This document shows positions 19,596 through 27,620 of a stretch of 64,000 nt of DNA, piece by piece. The stretch's first letter is position 1; each line of letters begins with the position of its first letter. Both the position numbers and the translations under genes were made by a program. The notes beneath the pieces were generated by a model. The model was given only the letters and a program-made list of their open reading frames with translations, had not been told where the DNA came from and ran no database searches. The DNA is from Patescibacteria group bacterium (lineage in GTDB: Bacteria > Patescibacteriota > Patescibacteriia > Magasanikbacterales > GWA2-37-8). The stretch is taken from contig JAQWDH010000003.1 in NCBI GenBank assembly GCA_028705565.1, positions 9,371 through 73,370 on the forward strand, written 5' to 3'.

Positions 19596-20036
19596 TTAAG
19601 AAAGAAAAAGAAACGGCTGAGATGGTCTTAACGAACCGTCCGGAGCGACCCGCAATGGTTGCTCCTCCTTTAAAACAACTGAAATAAATTTTTTAGTTAT
19701 TTGATTCATTGAACTAGTAAAAAAATTTATTGGTTTTATTATTTCATTTATTTTTTCTTTTTCAAACAAACCAGAGTAGCTAATTTTAATCGTAAATCCG
19801 CCGCTAAGATTGTCGAATATTTGCGTCTCAACTAAGCATAAATTAAGAATATTTACTTCGTCGATTTGGCAACCATATCCGTATGTTGCTCCTCTGACTT
19901 TTAAAACAATATTGTCTTTTTCGTATCCTTTCAAGAAAAATTCTTTAAGCTCGTCAATTGTTTTTTTGCTGGAAAAAAGGTACAGCATTTTTTCCAAAAG
20001 AAATAATTTAATTTCTTTTATTCTTTTTTCTTTCAT
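19596..20036 (-). CDS. Hypothetical protein (orphan)
   Basis: SD AAAAGGAG; own promoter upstream. Confidence 0.7.
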   Translation of the reverse strand: MKEKRIKEIKLFLLEKMLYLFSSKKTIDELKEFFLKGYEKDNIVLKVRGATYGYGCQIDEVNILNLCLVETQIFDNLSGGFTIKISYSGLFEKEKINEIIKPINFFTSSMNQITKKFISVVLKEEQPLRVAPDGSLRPSQPFLFLS

Positions 20037-20039
20037 CGT

Positions 20040-20118
20040 TTAACTCCTTTTGTTTTGATAAATTTTTAAAGAACTTAAAATAACGCGCTATCATAGCGCG
20101 TTTTACGATTTTTGTCAA
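20040..20118 (-). promoter_or_regulatory. Promoter, palindrome, boxA-like motif and SD of orphan module 3
   Basis: TTGACA(20118)-17-TATGAT(20095); palindrome 20082-20102; GTTCTTTAAAAA at 20074-20063. Confidence 0.65.
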
Positions 20119-20186
20119 GAGGAGGGGATTGTTTTTTGGCTAAAATCAGCTATTTTGTCCGCTGTGGAAACGTTTGTGGATGTCTT

Positions 20187-21140
20187 TTAAGCGAGTGGAT
20201 GAAATTTTTTATGCGTTTGTTCGGCAAATCTATCAGATGCGTGAACATAACGCGTGGTTGTGTCAAGAGATTCATGCCCCAATAGTATTTGAATAGCCGC
20301 GGGACTTGCTCCGTTTTCCGCCAAAAAAGTGGCAAAACCATGGCGGAGTGTATGCGCGCTTATTGGAATATTAATATCAAGTAACTCCCGATACTGTTTG
20401 ATTTTAAATTGTAAATAATTAGGCGAAATTTTTTTATCTTTTTTTTGATTATTTAGTCCGCGATAAGGAACAAAAAGCATTTCTGAATCGCTATTGCGTT
20501 TTGTTAAATAGTTTTTAAGATGTAAGAGGGACCGAGGAGTTAAATAAACGAAACGTTGTTTTTTACCTTTGCCCATAATATAGACACGGCCGGTTTTATC
20601 AATTTGTCTGACTTTTAACGACAATAGTTCTGAAATGCGCATTCCGGTTGCAAAAAGCGTTTCCAACATAGCGCGATTGCGCAAAGCTATTTGTTTATTT
20701 TTTTCAAATTGTACAGGGGCTTCAATCAGCTTAATAATTTCTTTAAATTCCGGAATGCGAGCGTGTTTTTTTTCTGTTTTTACCAATTTTATGGAAGTCG
20801 GTGAAAAAGGGGACGCTTGATCAATATCCTCTAAAAATTTTAAATAGGAACGAAGTGCCGAAAGAATTCTGTTAATGGAATAACTGCATAAATGTTTTTT
20901 TGAATTTTTTAATTCCGCGGTTTTTCTGTCTATGGAATTTAAAAACGCTTTATAACGCAAAATATCTTTTTTGTCTAAATTAGCGAAAGATTTTTGGATA
21001 TCTTTTTGTAAAAAATGTTCAAAAGTTTTTAAATCGCGTTCGTAATTATAGCAAGTTTCATCAGAAAAATTATTGGCGCGTAAATTTAAAATAAATTCGT
21101 CAAAACAGGGGAGATATGGCGTGTTATTTCTGTTTGTCAT
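20187..21140 (-). CDS. XerC/D-like tyrosine recombinase
   Basis: N-terminal SAM-like region ('YERDL', 'LSALRSYLKFL'); catalytic R (TGMRISE), K (GKG), HxxR (HTLRH), LLGH, Y (TTRY). Confidence 0.95.
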   Translation of the reverse strand: MTNRNNTPYLPCFDEFILNLRANNFSDETCYNYERDLKTFEHFLQKDIQKSFANLDKKDILRYKAFLNSIDRKTAELKNSKKHLCSYSINRILSALRSYLKFLEDIDQASPFSPTSIKLVKTEKKHARIPEFKEIIKLIEAPVQFEKNKQIALRNRAMLETLFATGMRISELLSLKVRQIDKTGRVYIMGKGKKQRFVYLTPRSLLHLKNYLTKRNSDSEMLFVPYRGLNNQKKDKKISPNYLQFKIKQYRELLDINIPISAHTLRHGFATFLAENGASPAAIQILLGHESLDTTTRYVHASDRFAEQTHKKFHPLA

Positions 21141-21622
21141 ATTTTTTCTTCTAAAAGCATTTTGCCATGGTTACAACTTCGACACAAAGTTCTTAAATTA
21201 TTTAAGTTATTGTTTCCACCCATTACAACCGGTATAATATGGTCCACCACGAGAATGTCTTCTTTGGCGTCTTTTCCGCAAAGAACGCATTTGAAGCTGT
21301 CTCTTTGCAATATTTTAAATCTCAGTTTAAGATCAATACCTTTTCTTAACTCTGACGATTTTATAGATTTTCTTAAATGCTCATAACTTTTTCTGCCTTT
21401 TTGTATGGCCAAATTAAACGCTTCGCTGTAAGTTCTTATTATACCCAAACTTTTTAGTTTTCTTTGAATTGAGCGGGCGGTTATATTGATCAGGGTCATT
21501 TCCAAAATTTTTTCTGCAATTTCTTTTGCAGTCATTTTTTCTTTCAAATAAAGCTCGGAAATTAATTCATCAAAGTTTTTTCCAGAAGAATTAGCTATGT
21601 TGGCGGTCTTGTTTAATTGCAT
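21137..21622 (-). CDS. HTH-like + HNH endonuclease
   Basis: 'CVLC..DHIIP..GG.N..NLRTLCRSCN' zinc-HNH; N-terminal 'MTAKEIAEKI..ITARSIQRKLK'; ATGA overlap with the recombinase. Confidence 0.9.
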   Translation of the reverse strand: MQLNKTANIANSSGKNFDELISELYLKEKMTAKEIAEKILEMTLINITARSIQRKLKSLGIIRTYSEAFNLAIQKGRKSYEHLRKSIKSSELRKGIDLKLRFKILQRDSFKCVLCGKDAKEDILVVDHIIPVVMGGNNNLNNLRTLCRSCNHGKMLLEEKI

Positions 21623-21653
21623 ATTGGGGTTTTTGGTTGCTATATTTTTTCTA

Positions 21654-21689
21654 TATAACTGAGTGTAAGGGTTATTATACTCAATTATA
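21654..21689. promoter_or_regulatory. Candidate dif-like recombination site or operator
   Basis: TATAACTGAGTGTAA-GGGTTA-TTATACTCAATTATA: 13/15 inverted repeat, 6-bp spacer, TAA-N6-TTA core. Confidence 0.55.
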
Positions 21690-21726
21690 ACATAGTTTTA
21701 TTTATGTTGTCCATCTCGCTTCCCTC

Positions 21727-22758
21727 TTACTTCCAATACACCTTTTCATCAAATCTTAAATCAACATATTCGGTCGGACGGTTGTTTGCCAGTATGGTTT
21801 TTAAATTATTTATTTGGGAATTTATATCTTTCGCCGGTTGAATTAAAATATCCCATGCCAAATTTGTTTTAATTTTAAAACCGGCCGTTGGTTCGTCCAA
21901 AACAAAATAGTTTGCGCGGATTGTCCCCTCTTTCTCCAGAACGTCGGTTAGTTGTATTATTTTTTCTATTAAATCTTTCTCAAAAATACTTTCTTGGCCG
22001 TTCTCCACGGATTTTTTTCGTGTATCGTAAATGAGTGGAAATTTTCCGAATCTATTTTTAACGCTTACAAAGCTCGGGATATGCGTTCGATTATTTTCCG
22101 CAGGTACATAGTCACTCGTGGAAGACGCATTTTTAATCGTTGATGAAGCAGTCGTTTTATTTTCGTATAAAACGAGATATTCGGACGGTTCAACATCGCG
22201 TAAAAATTTTATCGCCGTCCCCTCTTTATCCAGTAAAAAATATTTTTTTTCATTATCGTAAATTATCGCCGGTTTTTTTTCAACAACTTTTATACGCAGT
22301 TCCGCCGGAAAAATTTTTTCCACTGTCGCCGAAAGCAAAGGGTATTCTTTAAATAGCGACGTGGCGATTTTATCTGAACTTACGATAAAAAAATTTTTGC
22401 GAATAAAAGACAGTTTACCTTCCAGAAAGTTTTTTTTGACAAAAGCGTCAATTGTTTCCGTTTCAATCAAATTAAGCCCTTCATAGCTAACTTTTTTAAC
22501 GCTGAAATAAGGCAGGAAAAACAAAAGGCCGGCCCAAGCGATAAAAAAAATGATTAGTATGAAAATTTTTAATTTCGTCAATTTAATGGCATTTTTTTTA
22601 TTCAAGTAAGGATTGCCGGACAATGTGAACGCGCTTGAATTTGAAAGTTTACAGCGCGGATTTTTGTTTTCTTTGAACAAATCAAAAAATTTCTTCCACT
22701 TTTTTTGCGGAGGGCGATATTGTTTAAAATCGCATTGTGAATTTGAACGGTAAGGCAT
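21727..22758 (-). CDS. FtsQ/DivIB-like cell division protein
   Basis: Single TM, POTRA-like region, 'VEKIFPAELRIKVVEK', C-terminal 'EYVDLRF'. Confidence 0.8.
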   Translation of the reverse strand: MPYRSNSQCDFKQYRPPQKKWKKFFDLFKENKNPRCKLSNSSAFTLSGNPYLNKKNAIKLTKLKIFILIIFFIAWAGLLFFLPYFSVKKVSYEGLNLIETETIDAFVKKNFLEGKLSFIRKNFFIVSSDKIATSLFKEYPLLSATVEKIFPAELRIKVVEKKPAIIYDNEKKYFLLDKEGTAIKFLRDVEPSEYLVLYENKTTASSTIKNASSTSDYVPAENNRTHIPSFVSVKNRFGKFPLIYDTRKKSVENGQESIFEKDLIEKIIQLTDVLEKEGTIRANYFVLDEPTAGFKIKTNLAWDILIQPAKDINSQINNLKTILANNRPTEYVDLRFDEKVYWK

Positions 22759-22759
22759 T

Positions 22760-23869
22760 CTATTTAAAAATTCGCGGTATCAAAGGGTTTATTCTGTCAA
22801 TAATTTCATAGTTTATTGTTTCAGCCCAACCCGCCAAATTTTCCGCAGTGATTATTTTATTTTTACCTTTTCCGATGATAATAGCCTCATCCCCCACTTT
22901 GATTTTATGGTTTTTTATTTCCACCATACATAAATTCATACATATTCTTCCTCTGATTGGGCATTTTTGTCCTTTGATAATAACAAAAGCTCGGTTGGAA
23001 AATTTTCTGTCAAAGCCATCCCAATAGCCAACCGGTATGATGGCGATTTTTGTCGGCTTTGAAACAGTAAATGTGCCGCCATATCCGATTTTGGCGCCGG
23101 TCGGTATATCTTTGACTTGTATAATTTTCGTATGCCATGATAAAGCCGGTTTTAATCTTATTTTTTTAATTGATTTTTTTATTGGATGGATGCCATACAA
23201 GCTTAATCCAAGTCGCACGCCGTTAAAAAAAGATTTCGGGTAAAGCGCGCTCGCGGCCGAGCAAGCCATGTGTTTAATCGGAGGATTTATGCCGATGTCG
23301 GTCAAGGTTTTTATCGTTTCGTTGAAAATTTTTATTTGTTTTTTGGTAAATTTTTTGTCTTCTTCGCTGGAAGCGAAATGACTCCAAATTCCTTCCAAGT
23401 CCAAAAATTTTGATTGCTTGATTTTTTTTGCGAACATTTGCGCGTCTTTCGGCAATATGCCCATTCTTGACGCGCCTGTGTCTATTTTAAGATGAACTTT
23501 AATTTTTTTTCCGACCCTCTCCCCCGCTTTGTTTAAAAATGAAATTTGTCGCTCGGAATAAATTGGAAAAATTATTTTGTTTTTAGCCGCGATTTTTATT
23601 TTTTTTTCATCCAATTCATAAAAACTCAAAATCATTATCGGTTTTTTGATTTTGTTTTTTTTAAGTTCCAACGCTTCTTCAAGATTGACAACGCAAATTC
23701 TGTCGGCTTCGGGACTTTGGTCGCAAATTTTAGCCACGCCCAAAATTCCATGTCCATAAGCGTTGGATTTTACCACCGGCATCAATAAAGTTTTTTTGCC
23801 GACCATTTTGCGAAATTGGCGCAAATTATGCCGTATGTTGTTTGATTTTATCTCCACCCAAGTAAACAT
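22760..23869 (-). CDS. alr: Alanine racemase
   Basis: 'VVKSNAYGHG', 'HLKIDTG.SR.G', 'GY.DG', 'GRICMN'. Confidence 0.97.
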   Translation of the reverse strand: MFTWVEIKSNNIRHNLRQFRKMVGKKTLLMPVVKSNAYGHGILGVAKICDQSPEADRICVVNLEEALELKKNKIKKPIMILSFYELDEKKIKIAAKNKIIFPIYSERQISFLNKAGERVGKKIKVHLKIDTGASRMGILPKDAQMFAKKIKQSKFLDLEGIWSHFASSEEDKKFTKKQIKIFNETIKTLTDIGINPPIKHMACSAASALYPKSFFNGVRLGLSLYGIHPIKKSIKKIRLKPALSWHTKIIQVKDIPTGAKIGYGGTFTVSKPTKIAIIPVGYWDGFDRKFSNRAFVIIKGQKCPIRGRICMNLCMVEIKNHKIKVGDEAIIIGKGKNKIITAENLAGWAETINYEIIDRINPLIPRIFK

Positions 23870-23915
23870 AAGCGTTGATTATTATGAAGATATTATACCT
23901 AATTTGAGCTAAAAA

Positions 23916-23979
23916 TAAAACCACCTCTCGTGAAAATTCGCAAAAGGCGGTTTTATCCTGCCCGTTCGTCGGGTCCAGG
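23916..23979 (-). terminator. Two consecutive hairpins downstream of the small membrane-protein gene; the second is terminator-like
   Basis: CCTGgaCCCG-ACGAA-CGGGCAGG then TAAAACCGCCT...AGGTGGTTTTATTTTT on the minus strand. Confidence 0.55.
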
Positions 23980-24000
23980 CTTCGGTTCTTCTTCCATATT

Positions 24001-24312
24001 TTAATCAATTGGTTTAGTATTTAATACTACCTCGGACAAAGCGCTTGCTTTTTTAACGCGTCTGCGTTTTCTTTTTTCCATTGTTTGGTAATATGCGGTG
24101 CAGGCAATAGTGCCCAATGTGCAACCGACGCCATATAAAATGGCCAAATTCCAGTTGCTGATGTTTTCAACTATTTTTGACAAAACATAATACCAAATAA
24201 GCGTGTGAATTAAAGTGACCGCTCCACTCATAATTATTTTGGAATCGGCCACGGACTTTGTCTGAGCCGTGACTATGATCATTTCCACGAAACCTACAAA
24301 AAATAATATCAT
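24001..24312 (-). CDS. Small membrane protein (three TM, basic tail; DUF5698-like)
   Basis: Hydrophobic segments and 'YGVGCTLGT'; start placed at ATG 24312 because the promoter overlaps the upstream start codons. Confidence 0.65.
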   Translation of the reverse strand: MILFFVGFVEMIIVTAQTKSVADSKIIMSGAVTLIHTLIWYYVLSKIVENISNWNLAILYGVGCTLGTIACTAYYQTMEKRKRRRVKKASALSEVVLNTKPID

Positions 24313-24387
24313 AGGCGTGCTTGTTAGCAAGCGGTTCCTTGGTTGGAACCTGATTTTTAATGTTCGACCTTTTTTTAAGCCATTCAT

Positions 24388-24416
24388 ATTATAACAAAAA
24401 AACGCCAAAAAGTCAA
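24388..24416 (-). promoter_or_regulatory. Sigma70 promoter
   Basis: TTGACT-17-TATAAT with extended TGn. Confidence 0.75.
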
Positions 24417-24479
24417 TTTTTTGTGGTTTTTCTGATAATTTTAGTTTAAATTAGCCAAAAATTTTGTGCAAAACCTGTT

Positions 24480-25733
24480 TTATAATTTTTTAAGGCCCGT
24501 ATATTTTCGTAATACTTTTGGAACTTCAATTAAACCGTCCTCACGCTGATAATTTTCTATCAAAGCAATCGGAAAACGACTTAAAACCACCGCCGTGCCG
24601 TTTAAAGTGTGGACAAAATCCGCGCCACCATCTTCTTTTCGGTATTTAATGTTTAAACGTCTTGCTTGATAATCCGTGCAATTGCTGCAACTTGTAATTT
24701 CGCCATAATCGCCTTGTTTATCACCTTCCCCCTTCATTGTCATCCACGCTTCAATATCATATTTTCTGTAAGCCGGCCCGCCCAAGTCCCCGCTCGGTAT
24801 GTCAATTACTCTGTAAGGAATGTCCAAGCCGTCCACTATTTCTTTTTCAATGTTTAAAATTTCTTGATGATATTTTTCACTATCTTCTGGTTTGCAATAA
24901 ATAAACATTTCCAATTTTGTGAATTGATGAACGCGATAAAGGCCCTTACTGGTGCGTCCGTATGAACCGGCTTCGGTGCGGAAACAATGCGAAAGCGCTA
25001 TGTATTTTTTCGGTCCCTTATCCAAAATTAATGTTTCTCCGGCGTGAAATCCGCCAACAGTGATCTCTGCCGTGCCAACCAAACTCAAATCAGTATTTTC
25101 AATTGAATAAACTTGAGTTTCCGCGCCACGCGGATTGAACCCGATGCCGGTGAGGATGTCATTTTTAGCCACGTCAGGGGTTTCTAAAAGCGTAAAACCG
25201 TGTTTGGCGGCGATATCCATACCATAATTAACCAATGCCTGATTTAGGCGAACCATATTATTTTTAAAAAAATAAAATTTCGCGGTCGCGACTTTTGCGC
25301 CTCTATCAAAATCAACCAAATCATTTTTAAGCATTAGCTCCTCATGGTCTTTTGGTTGAAAACTGAATTTTTTCGGTTCTCTGTTTTTATAAATCACTTT
25401 ATAATCTTCTTCGCCGCCTATCGGGCTGTCAGAATGCGTTAAGTTCGGAACTTTAAGAGCCAATTCATAAAATTCCGACGAAATTTCCCCTTCTTCTATT
25501 TCCAGTGTTTTTATTTCTTCCCCGACTTGACGCATTTTTGCTATTTCTTCGTCGGACGGTTTGCCTTTTGATTTTTGATTTCTGAGCGCGCGAAGGTCTT
25601 CCGATTTTTTCATAAGTTCTTTTCTTTTTTCATCCAAATTCAACAATCTGTCCAAATCAATTTTAACGCGTCTGTTTTCACAGTTGTTTTTTACAAGTTC
25701 TTTGTTTTCACGTATAAATTTAATGTCAAGCAT
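24480..25733 (-). CDS. serS: Serine--tRNA ligase
   Basis: 'MLDIKFIREN', 'GTAE', 'CFRTEAG', 'SCSNCTDYQARRL', 'HTLNGT'. Confidence 0.98.
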   Translation of the reverse strand: MLDIKFIRENKELVKNNCENRRVKIDLDRLLNLDEKRKELMKKSEDLRALRNQKSKGKPSDEEIAKMRQVGEEIKTLEIEEGEISSEFYELALKVPNLTHSDSPIGGEEDYKVIYKNREPKKFSFQPKDHEELMLKNDLVDFDRGAKVATAKFYFFKNNMVRLNQALVNYGMDIAAKHGFTLLETPDVAKNDILTGIGFNPRGAETQVYSIENTDLSLVGTAEITVGGFHAGETLILDKGPKKYIALSHCFRTEAGSYGRTSKGLYRVHQFTKLEMFIYCKPEDSEKYHQEILNIEKEIVDGLDIPYRVIDIPSGDLGGPAYRKYDIEAWMTMKGEGDKQGDYGEITSCSNCTDYQARRLNIKYRKEDGGADFVHTLNGTAVVLSRFPIALIENYQREDGLIEVPKVLRKYTGLKKL

Positions 25734-25739
25734 ATATTT

Positions 25740-26771
25740 TTACTTTATATATTTTTTTATAACTTTCATATTATTTTTATCCAGCAGCATTTTTTTGTTC
25801 AACGGCATTAAATCTTCCAATATCATTTCTTTGTAATTACGCCACGCGTGCGACCTTATTTCAATATCGGAACTTTTAAAAGTCCCGGACTTTATTTTAC
25901 AAATAAACAAAACGAGAAAAACCTGATAATTTCCAAGCTTTTCTCCGCACACGCTTGTAAAAATTTCCGGCAATTGTTCCAAAATCTTTATTTTATATCC
26001 TGTTTCTTCCCTTACTTCGCGTAAAAGACACTCTTTGGTTTCTTCTCCATAGTCAACTCCTCCGCCCGGGAATTCCCATTTGCCGTCAAAAGCCGGTCTG
26101 TAATCTCTTCTTTGGCACAACAATGCTTTTCCATCCTTAATTATAATCGCCGCTGGCGCGATGATTTGTTTGGCGGCGTAATGGTTCATCAAAAATAATT
26201 TAATTTGGTGTATGACTTTGCCGCGGTGGCTTACGTGATTTTTGTCAGCGATTGAAAGTTCAGCAAAACTTTTTTTCATCGGCGGATAATAAAATATGGA
26301 ATCATACCCCATGCCTTCGCGGGCGGAAATGATTTCTTTTTCAGCGATAACTCCCCGCGCTTTGCCGATAAACACATTAAAGCTTTCGTTAGTTGGGTCG
26401 TAAACGCATCCGCCTGTTTCAAAATACGCTCCTCTCTCGTTTTTTAGCGCGCCTTTTAGCAAGTTTATTATTTTTTTATTTCTTTCAAACGCGTTTTTTC
26501 CAAAACGTTTGGCTTTTATTCCCGGCTCGCCGTTAAGATAATCCACAAAAAAAGCCGTATCTTCCGCGATTGTTAAAAGACCGCTTTTTTGAGCGTAATA
26601 TTTCGCTTTACGCGCGGCGTTTTCCCATGTGGTTTCAAAAGGCTCATCCGTTTCGTCTTTATCAAGCCCCGCCTGTTTTAAATTCACAAAACGAAAAGGA
26701 ATGTCTTCAAATTGTGCGGTAAATTCTTGAAATTTGCCAATGTTGGTGGTAGCGATAAGAATTTTCTTCAT
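25740..26771 (-). CDS. RdgB/HAM1 non-canonical NTP pyrophosphatase fused to a MutT-like Nudix domain
   Basis: 'ATTNIGK', 'GMGYDSIF', 'SHRGK'; Nudix box GGVDYGEETKECLLREVREETG. Confidence 0.9.
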   Translation of the reverse strand: MKKILIATTNIGKFQEFTAQFEDIPFRFVNLKQAGLDKDETDEPFETTWENAARKAKYYAQKSGLLTIAEDTAFFVDYLNGEPGIKAKRFGKNAFERNKKIINLLKGALKNERGAYFETGGCVYDPTNESFNVFIGKARGVIAEKEIISAREGMGYDSIFYYPPMKKSFAELSIADKNHVSHRGKVIHQIKLFLMNHYAAKQIIAPAAIIIKDGKALLCQRRDYRPAFDGKWEFPGGGVDYGEETKECLLREVREETGYKIKILEQLPEIFTSVCGEKLGNYQVFLVLFICKIKSGTFKSSDIEIRSHAWRNYKEMILEDLMPLNKKMLLDKNNMKVIKKYIK

Positions 26772-27619
26772 ATTTTACCCCTTACATTATCCATCAGTAA
26801 GGAATTTTCAGCGAATAAATTTATCAAATCGTCAATTTCCTGTTTTTTGTTAGTTGAAAATTTTTCTTTCATCATTTTAACGATTTCATCATGGCTTTTT
26901 TTTGAACGAGCGGCCGCGGCTTCATAAAAATCGCAAAGTTCAAGCAGTTCGGAAGAGAATTTCATTATTTGACGTTTGTCGGCGACCTCTTCGTATTTGA
27001 AATTGTTGCCCATGGAATGATGCGATGCTGCCAAGTAAATTATGTCGTGTTTAAAACCGTATTTTTTGAGGATTTCGGCGGTATTATGAATATGCGATTG
27101 GTAAACTTTTTTCATTAAGTCCTCTTTTTTCAAACATTCCACATCGTCTCCTTTTGGCAAGTTTTCCAAAATAAATTTTTTATCTTTTTCTTCCGCGTGC
27201 TTGTTCACCGCCTCCTCTATTGATAATTGCGGCAATTTTTCATCTTCAAAAAAAGAAAAAAGGTCCATAACGGCTTTTTGTTCATTTTCATTCGCGTTTG
27301 CAGGACCTGTTTTGCCAACATCGTGCAAAAGCGCCGCGACGCGTATTTTTTTTATTAATTTATCGTCAATTTTTGCCAATTTTTTTGTTTTTATTTTTTC
27401 AAGCAAAAATAAACAAATTTTTTCAACATTCAAACTGTGGCTTAAATGTCCTTTTCTTTCTTTTTTTCTTTCCCCTTCGCTTATCGGCCTTTTTTCCAAA
27501 AGACGAAGACGTTCCAGCAATTGCTCCCCAAATTCAATTTTAAGCTCTTTTAATTCTTTATCCAAAACAAAGTCTTCCGCGCGGTGGTGATGGTTTTGTT
27601 CGCTGCCGTTGTTTTCCAT
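26768..27619 (-). CDS. HD-domain phosphohydrolase
   Basis: 'HSLNV', 'ALLHDVGK', 'SHH', 'CDFYEA'. Confidence 0.85.
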   Translation of the reverse strand: MENNGSEQNHHHRAEDFVLDKELKELKIEFGEQLLERLRLLEKRPISEGERKKERKGHLSHSLNVEKICLFLLEKIKTKKLAKIDDKLIKKIRVAALLHDVGKTGPANANENEQKAVMDLFSFFEDEKLPQLSIEEAVNKHAEEKDKKFILENLPKGDDVECLKKEDLMKKVYQSHIHNTAEILKKYGFKHDIIYLAASHHSMGNNFKYEEVADKRQIMKFSSELLELCDFYEAAAARSKKSHDEIVKMMKEKFSTNKKQEIDDLINLFAENSLLMDNVRGKI

Positions 27620-27620
27620 A

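Noticed and set aside
19265-20036. Paralogy between the two module-3 orphans (both have FLLE...FSS near the N-terminus)
   Set aside because: Similarity is short and explicable by K/I/F/L-biased composition
20163-20183. Two DnaA-box-like 9-mers after the recombinase gene
   Set aside because: Each has two mismatches to TTATCCACA; insufficient support
19265-21140. Integron (tyrosine recombinase next to small orphan ORFs)
   Set aside because: The recombinase lacks the IntI-specific insertion; the ORFs lie downstream in the same orientation with their own promoter; no convincing RYYYAAC...GTTRRRY attC sites
19203-21726. Prophage or ICE remnant
   Set aside because: No structural, replication or conjugation genes, no tRNA target and no flanking direct repeats seen
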